Assembly: GCA_965637545.1 (NCBI GenBank)
Contig: OZ281501.1
Coordinates: 7,192,001-7,256,000 of the forward strand
Direction: 5' to 3'
Length of the DNA: 64,000 nt
Source: Phallusia mammillata
Taxonomy: Eukaryota
The position numbers were made by a program, and so were the translations under genes. Positions 51,201 through 60,200 of this stretch are shown here, one piece after another. The notes under the pieces were generated by a model. The model made no database searches. It was not told the origin of the DNA and worked only from the letters and a program-made list of their open reading frames with translations. The stretch's first letter is position 1, and each line of letters opens with the position of its first letter.

Positions 51201-54200
51201 AAGATGGATGCGAGTCACCAAAGAACTTATTAACGAGACAAGGTACACTGTAACCGGCTTGTACGAAAACAACGAGTACGAATTCCGCGTCGCTGCTGAA
51301 AACAGCATCGGAGTGGGAGCCAAGTGCTTGCCATCGAAACAGATCACCGCCGAGAATCCGATCTCGCAACCAGGGTCTGTGGTTAACCCTCATGTTACTG
51401 GCATTTCTAAGAACACGGTTACTGCCGCCTGGCAAAAGCCACGCCACGACGGTGGATCTCCCATCATCGGGTACATTGTTGAAACCCAGAAGGCCGGCAG
51501 TGAAGCTTGGAAGATTTGGTGCACTCAAGAGACACAGAAGGACACTTCATACACCATCCCAGATTTGGTTGAGAATTACGAGTACCGCGTCCGTGTGACT
51601 GCTGTCAACAAAGCAGGTCTCAGCGAACCAGCCATGATTAAAGGTACCGTCGTGGTCAAGGAGAAGCAAGAGGCTCCGGAGATCGAGCTTCAAGCCAGCA
51701 TGGTCCGTGAACAGATTATTAAGTCTGGAACTCCACTGAGACTAGCGGCCATTGTCCGTGGAAAACCATTCCCGACTATCACTTGGTGCTTAAACGATCA
51801 AGCAATTGCAGCCGACTCCGACCGCCACAAGGTTGAAGTCAAGAGCGGATTGGTTTCTTTGAATATCGAAGCTTCTGTTCGTTCCGATAGCGGACGGTAC
51901 TCACTTACCGTGGAAAATGGAGCTGGCAAGAAGACAGCTTCAGTTGTCGCGAATGTTTTGGACACACCTAGTGCTCCACAACACGTCAGAATCAGCGAAA
52001 TTCGATCAGATTCCTGCTACTTGAAATGGAAAGCGCCTTCTGACAATGGTGGTGCCGTGATTTCAAGCTACAAGGTCGAACGGTACAACGTAGAATCAAA
52101 GGTTTGGAAGCCGGTCGCTATGGCTGCTAAGAAAACCAGTTTGACTGTGAAGTACCTTTCTGAGGGACATCATTACATGTTCCGCGTAGCAGCAGAGAAC
52201 CAGTTCGGTGCTGGCCCTTTCACTGATTCTGAAACGATTTTGGCACGGGACCCCATTCACACTCCAGGGCCACCAAAGAACTTAGAAGTCACGGACATTG
52301 ACAGAAACGCGCTCACTGTTGGCTGGAACAAGCCTGATCGCGATGGTGGGGCACCAGTCAGTGGATACATCGTTGACTACATCGAGCTTGGTCCTGAAAA
52401 GGAGCTCGACGAAAGACAGAAGGCTGGTTTGGAGATCGATGTTTCCGACAAGGAGTGGGTCGAATTTACCACTGTGAAGAACACAAACTGCACAGTTACC
52501 GATCTCAAGGAAGAGTTCCTCTACAAGCTTCGCGTTCGCGCTGTGAACGAAGCTGGCGAAAGTCGACCTGATCAGACCATGCCTGTCGCTCCGAGACAGA
52601 AACTTGTGCCACCAACAATTGAAATTGATGTGAAGACTCTTGAGGGACTGACAGTCCGCGCTGGTAGCACTCTTCGCATCCCTGCTAAGATCCGTGGCGT
52701 TCCAGCACCAACCGCCCAATGGAGCACTGCTGACGGCAACGTTATTGTTTCCGATGAGCGTGTTGTTGCCAGCGGTGATGTTCAATCTACGCTCTTGACA
52801 ATCAAAGATGCACGAAGGACCGACACACAGGAGTACGGTTTGACTGTTAAGAACGACGCCGGTACAAAATCTGCTGGAGTCTACGTAACAGTACTCGACA
52901 AACCAGGAGTGCCAATTGGTCCAATGAACATTCTTGAGATGACTCCAGAGTACGCTGTAATTCAATGGATCCCACCAAAAGACGACGGTGGCTCGCCTAT
53001 CACTAACTACGTTGTCGAGAAGAAGGACACGTCCAAGCAGACTTGGGGCGTGGTGAGCTCCAAGGGTACTCGTACCAAATGTAAGGTGCCACGCCTTATA
53101 CAAGGCAAGGAATATCTTTTCCGGGTGCGCGCCGAGAACAAACACGGCATCAGCGATGCTCTTGAATCAAAACCAGAGGTCGCCAAGCACACTTTCGACG
53201 TTCCAGAGGCTCCAGGTATGCCACGAGTTTGTGAGATGACAGAAACAAGCTGCTCTCTTCACTGGGAAGCGCCAAAGAGCGACGGCGGCAGTCCTATCAC
53301 AGGGTTCATTGTCGAACGCCTGGAAAAGGAATCTGGCAAGTGGACGAAGATCACACACGACCCGTTGTTAGGCTTTACAATGCGAGCTAAAGGATTGTTT
53401 GAAGGAAAGGAATATTCCTTCCGTGTTATGGCTGAGAACTATGCTGGCATGAGCAAACCTTCTGAGCAATCACCATTCGTGAAAGCAATGAGGCCAATGA
53501 CTGCACCGGGTGCACCTATTAATCCCAAGGTGTCAGACCACGACCGCTCTTCTGCAATCTTGACTTGGAATAAACCACTTAAAGATGGCGGCTCTGAGAT
53601 CATCGGCTACTTCGTTGAATGTATTCAAGTCGACTTAAAGAACGCCGATACATCGGAAGAATCTTGGGCTCGCATCAATAAGGAACCGATTGACAAGTGC
53701 ACATTCCGTGCCCCTGGACTCAAGGAAAACAGCAAATACCGATTCCGAGTCTTGGCAATCAACGAGGTGGACGAAGGTGAAGCAAGAGAGGTACCCGACC
53801 CAACGATTATTAAGGACATCATTGAAGAGCCACAGATTGACTTGGATGCCTACATGATGAGCAAGGTTATGTTCAGAGTAGGACAAACTGTCAAGCTTAG
53901 CGCAAGAGTGCGTGGTCGCCCAGAACCAGAAATCGAATGGCTGAAGGACGGGGCAGCAATCACTAGCGACCGATCAAACATCAACCGAACAGCCATCGGA
54001 ACTGATTTGACGGTGAAAGAGTCAGAGAGGTCTGACAGCGGCTCTTACATGCTGAAAGCCAAAAACGTAGCCGGTGAAAAGTTCGTAAAGATTGCTGTCA
54101 ACGTTTTGGACAAACCCGAAGCTTGCCGCAATCTGAAAATCAGCTACATCACAAAGAAATCGTGTGTTGTCACATGGGATCAACCGGAAGATGACGGCGG

Positions 54201-57200
54201 TACCGACATTGTCAACTACATTTTGGAGATTAAGGAGCCGACGTTGCCAGGATTTTCCTCTTTGGGCTGGACTATAGTCAGCTCAGAGGGAACAAAGAAA
54301 ATGGTCAAAACGTCTATCGTTGAAAACCACGAATATTTCTTCCGTGTCTCTGCTGAAAACAAATGCGGTGTTGGTCCTGCTGTTGAGCTTGAGCAACCCA
54401 TATTGGCTGCTGACCCATTCCAAGTTTCGCAAGCGCCCAAAGATCTCAAGGTTGCCACCACTGGCATTGACTTTGTTGCTTTAGAATGGGTAAAACCTGA
54501 TTGGAACGGAGGAAGTCCTATTACCGGATACCAGATTGTCATCATGAAGCGTGGCACCAAAGAATGGAAGGACTTTAACACAGAGAGTACAGACTGCAAA
54601 TACACAGTTACTGAACTTGAGGAAGGCGCTCAATACAGATTCGGAATTATGGCCTGCAACAAAGCTGGCAAAAGCCAAGTTTGCGTTACATCTGACTATG
54701 TTACAGTTTGCGAAGACGTTCTGACTCCGAAAGTTGAGATCACGACGGCCATGACAAAGGGTGAGATCCTTGTCCGTGCCACAACTGATATCGTGATTAA
54801 CGCAACAATGAGTGGAAGACCAACTCCTGAGGTGACTTGGAAGCTTGGCGATGTCGATCTTTACAAAGTTGCCAGGTCCAGCATCAAAACAACTGAAGAT
54901 GGAACCAGGATTACCATATCTAACGCAACTCGCGCAGATTGTGGCCAGTACGAGTTAACTGCTGTTAACAAGGCTGGTAGCACCAGTGTCACAGCTAAAG
55001 TGAACGTACTTGACAAACCAGGACAATGCGTTGGACCGATTAAGATCCTTTCATTGAACAAGGACCGATGCACAGTTGCTTGGGAGCCTCCAGCAGACAA
55101 TGGAGGTTGTGAGATCTCCAACTACATGCTGGAGAAATGTGAAACAAGCCGAATGGTTTGGTCAGTCGTTACTGGCTCAGTAACAGCCTGCACATACCCA
55201 GTTCCGCGACTGCTCGAAGGTAACGAATACATCTTCAGAGTGAAAGCAGAAAACAAATTGGGCACCGGCCCCGGGCTAGAATCATCTCCTGTCGTTGCCA
55301 AGAGTCCGTACAGCAAACCTGGCCCACCCTTGTCGCCCCAGATTACTAAAGTGGGCAAGGACTGTGCTATGGTAACTTGGAAGGTTCCAGAATCCGATGG
55401 AGGTCGTGAAATCAGCGGCTACTACGTTGAGAAGCGTGAAAAAAAGGGTGTGCGATGGTCGCCATGTAACATGAAGGCAACATCCGACAAACGTTTGAAT
55501 GCCATTGGTCTATCCAACGGGTATGACTACCAATTCAGGGTGCTTGCAGAAAACGAGATTGGAATCGGCGAAGCAAGCGAACCGACAAAGATGGTCACAA
55601 TCAAAGAGCCAATCGAGGTACCAGGACCACCATCAAATCCAAAAGTCATTGATACGAGCAAAAACTCAGTCACTTTGCAATGGGGTGCTCCAGCCTACGA
55701 CGGTGGATCGAGGATCATCGGTTATGTTGTTGAGTCGAGTGTTGAGGGTTTGGAGGACTGGAGGAAATGCAACGTTGGCGTTAGCACTCCTCGCAAGACC
55801 GAGTTTGTCGTGACTGGCTTGCGACCTGAACAGACATACGTGTTCCGTGTTGCAGCATTGAACGAGGTTGGACAAGGCAAGCATGAAGATGTTTGTGGCG
55901 CAGTCCAGCCGAAAGAGATCCTTGAAGAGCCTGATATCATTTTGGACGCTGACATGAGAAAGAACCTCGAAATCAAAGCTGGATCAACTCTGCATTTGTT
56001 AGCCAATATAACAGGAAGACCAACTCCATCCGCAAAGTGGTCTAAACAAGGTGCTACTTTGTCCAGGCGGGCAGATGTTGACATAACCGATTTGAAGACA
56101 AAGGTTACTATTCCCGATGCCACCAGGGATGACGCCGGCAAATACAGTCTTACTGTCACTAACCCCAAGGGTTCGAAGACCGTTAACATAAACGTGAAAG
56201 TAATGGACTCACCAGGCCCGGTTGGAAACATTCTAGTCAAGGATGTGACAATTGGGTCCGCGCAGGTTTCATGGTCACCACCAGACGTTGATGGCGGATC
56301 TGAAATCATCAACTATATTGTTGAGAAGAAAGAGGCTGACAAAAAGACCTGGTCTGTGTCCACCACTGAATGCGCTAAGACCGCGTTCCGTGTAACCAAG
56401 TTGATCGAGGGCAAAGACTATTACTTCAGAATCAAGGCTGAAAACAAGTACGGAGTTGGTGTGCCAGCAGAATCTTCAAAACCTGTAAGGGCAAGACACC
56501 CGATCTCCGAGCCCGGTCCAGTCAACAAGCTGAAAGTAACCGACATCACCAAGTCATCAGTTACACTGACATGGAAAAAGCCGGACCACACCGGCGGAAG
56601 TCGCATCACTGGTTATATTATCTCATATCAGGGTGAAGGCTCAACCAACTGGGTTGAATACAGAACTGTAACTGATACAACAGTTACAGTTGTAAATCTC
56701 GCCACCAAGAAGTATCAGTTCCAAGTCAAGGCATGCAATGAGGAGCTCGAAGGCCCTGAAAGAGAAACGGATGTTGTAGACGTAAAAGAACCAGCAGAGT
56801 CCCCGAAAATTACTCTACCCAAAGAGGTCAAGACCCGAGCAGGAACCAAACTGTTTGTTGAGGCATCAGTGACTGGCAAACCACATGCAATTACTTACTG
56901 GATGCGCAAGGAATCCGAGCTTGCCGAAAGTGAGAAGATTCTCATACAGAAGACTCCCTCGGGTGTGACCTTAACGCTTCCCAAATCGGAACGTGCTGAC
57001 TCAGGCGAATACACTCTCCGTGCCGAGAACCAACATGGCAAGAAACAAGCAACAGTCAAGGTTGAGATCTTGGACAAGCCTACGCAGCCTGTTGGACCCG
57101 TTGAGTTCAAGGATCTTAATGTGGACACAGTTACACTAGTATGGAGTCCACCTGAAGACGATGGCGGCTGCCCAATCACCAACTATATCGTTGAGCAGTC

Positions 57201-60200
57201 AGAAGCTGGTCATCCCGGATTCAAGACAATCAGCAGTACGGTAACCAGAACCACTCTGCGCGTCGGCAAATTGACCAAGGATTGCGAGTACGTCTTCCGC
57301 ATTAAGGCTGAGAACAAGTGCGGTATTAGCGATGTTTTGTCTTCTGCTCTGGTGAAGACAAAGTATCCATTCGATCCACCAAGTGAACCACGTAACTTGA
57401 CCGTTGTCAAAATCGGAAAGGAGTCAGTGACCCTTTCTTGGGAAGTGCCGGAGTCGGATGGAGGAAATCCAGTCCGTGGCTATAATCTTGAGAAGAAGGA
57501 GATTAACAGCTTGTTGTGGACTCCAATGAACAAGCACTTGGTTAAGAGACGGGAAATCGTCGACAACACTTTACTTGAGGGTATTGAATACCAGTTCAGG
57601 GCACAGGCATCAAACACTGCTGGCACAAGTCCGTTCTGCAAACCGACCGAACCTGCTTTGGCTCGCGATCCATGCGATGCCCCTGGCAAACCCGAAGTGG
57701 TAGATGTTACTGACCGTACAGTTGAACTTGGATGGGCTACGCCACGAAGCGACGGAGGCTCCAAAATTGTTGGGTACATTATCGAAAAGCAGAAACTGCC
57801 CGGCGACAAATGGGTACGCCACTTTACCACCCGTGGTCCCGAAGCAAATGCAATCCTTGAAAACTTGGAGGAAGGTGAAAGATACCTCTTCCGAGTGTTG
57901 GCAAAAACCGCTGTGGTTACTTCAAAGCCTTCGGATGCCACAGAAGCGGTCCTGGTGAGACAAGCCATTGTTTCACCAGGTGTGGTGCTTAATGCAGCAT
58001 GCAAAGACTTGTTGGAGGTACGCGCAGGACAGGACATTATGATCGAAGCGGCGATCGTCGGCAAACCAAAGCCCACCGTCGTTTGGTCCAAGGGTACAGA
58101 ACAGATCAAGAGCACAAGCGATGGTGCTATTGTTGCTGAAACTGTACTTAACAAATCTACATTGATCATCCGTTCATGCAAGCGATCAGATGCTGGTAGT
58201 TACGTCATTACTCTTGAGAACTCCAGCGGCACTACATCTGCAACCGCCAAGGTTCGAGTTTTGGATGTCCCAGGTGTCCCTCAAGGCCCTGCCAAGTTCT
58301 CCAACGTCCTTGCCGATCGCTTGAAACTCTCCTGGAGCGCTCCATTGGAAGATGGCGGCGCACCCATTACCAACTACGTCATTGAACGTCGGGAGACGTC
58401 ACGACCCACGTGGGCAATGGTCAGCGGTAGCACTCAGCCAACTGAACTTAGTGTTAGCAAACTGATCCAAAACCACGAATACGAGTTCCGCATATCTGCA
58501 GAAAACAAATACGGCATTGGCCTGCCACTTGTCACAGATCCTGTTGTGGCAAAGAATCCATACACCGTACCTGATGCCCCTGAACCGCCAGTGATAACCA
58601 ACCCACACAAGGATGGCATGACCGTCTCCTGGAAGTCGCCTTCTGAAGACGGTGGCAAACCGATCAGTGGTTACTACTTGGAAAAGCGGGAAACCAAAGC
58701 TGTTCAGTGGTCAAAGGTGAACAGACGCCCGGTGTCAGATCGTTCTATCAAGGTCACTGGTCTTTGCGAGAGCGTCGAATACGAATTCCGTGTCGCAGCT
58801 GAGAACGTTGCTGGTGTTGGTACTCCAAGTGTGCCATCACAGCCAGCCACTGCTGCGGATCCAAAGTATCCTCCCGGCCCACCAGCTTTCCCTAAATGTG
58901 TTGACACTACACGAAGCAGCGTAGATCTGATTTGGGGTAAACCTGCTTACGATGGAGACAGTCCAATCACCGGCTACATCATCGAGATGGCAAATCCAGA
59001 AAGTCCAGACAAATACGAACGTGTTGCTACAACACACATCACAAAGCACACTGTAACAGCATTGGGTGAAGGAAGAGAATACAAATTCTGCGTCAAGGCT
59101 ACCAACGCTATTGGAGATTCCGAAGCAAGCGAGGTGCAAGGCACAGTCATTCCCAAGGATATCCTTGAGCCACCGACCATTGACCTCGATGCAATGCTCA
59201 CTAAAGCTTTGGTGATCAGAGCAGGCAACAATATCCGCCTTTATTGTACGTTGAAGGGAAGACCTGCTCCACGTGTCAGCTGGTCAAAGCTTGATGGCGA
59301 ACTGTCGATCAACCGAGTTGAAATTAAGAACTCAGATTGGGACAGTTTGCTACAAGTGCCCAACTGTAACCGCGACGACTCCGGTAAATACATGATCACA
59401 CTTGAAAACACCAGCGGCGTAAAATCAGCTACAGTGAGTGTGCGAGTACAAGACTCTCCGGGAGCACCAGGACCCATAGTCTTCAAGGAGGTTACTCTTG
59501 AGACTGCTGCTTTGGGTTGGGAAGCGCCATTAAATGACGGTGGATCCGCAGTTACCAACTACATTGTTGAAAAACGCGAGTCCACCAGAAAGGCTTGGGC
59601 TACTGTGACAACTCAATGCTCAAGGTGCTCTTGGACAGTAAACAAGCTAGAAGCTGGCAAGAGCTACTTCTTCCGCGTTATGGCTGAGAACGAGTTTGGA
59701 ATTGGCGTCCCGTACGAAACTCCAGAACCAGTAAAGGCCACACAAGAGCCCGGACCCGTCCAACGTCTTGAAGTTTCTGGTACCACCAAGAATACCGCAA
59801 CGCTTTGCTGGCATAAACCAACTCATGATGGTGGCAGTCGCCTTAGTGGCTACGTTGTAGAAATGGCTCCAAAGGATACTGATGACTACGAGGAGATTGC
59901 CGAAGTCAAGGTCCTCAGCTACAAGGTGAGTTTCATACATGTTTACGACAAAATTATATTCATTATGATTCTGACAAGTAACATGATAATAATACCACAG
60001 ATTACCGGCCTTAAAGAAGGCAAGGACTACACAGTCCGCGTTTGTGCCAAGAACGAGGCTGGAGTCGGACAACCAAGAGAGAGAAACCTTACCGCCAAGG
60101 ATCAGGTATGTCTTGTACAGCCATATTTGGATTGCGAATTTTGTTATCTAACAACACTGTTTCCCCCAGACTGTGGATCCAAGCTTTGACTTGAGTGAAC

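Noticed and set aside
59926-60000. 75-nt stop-free in-frame segment translated in the ORF track as a hydrophobic peptide (VSFIHVYDKIIFIMILTSNMIIIPQ)
   Set aside because: It has canonical GTGAGT...CAG ends and interrupts a Fn3 strand, so it is an ordinary intron, not a transmembrane segment. Retention is untested.
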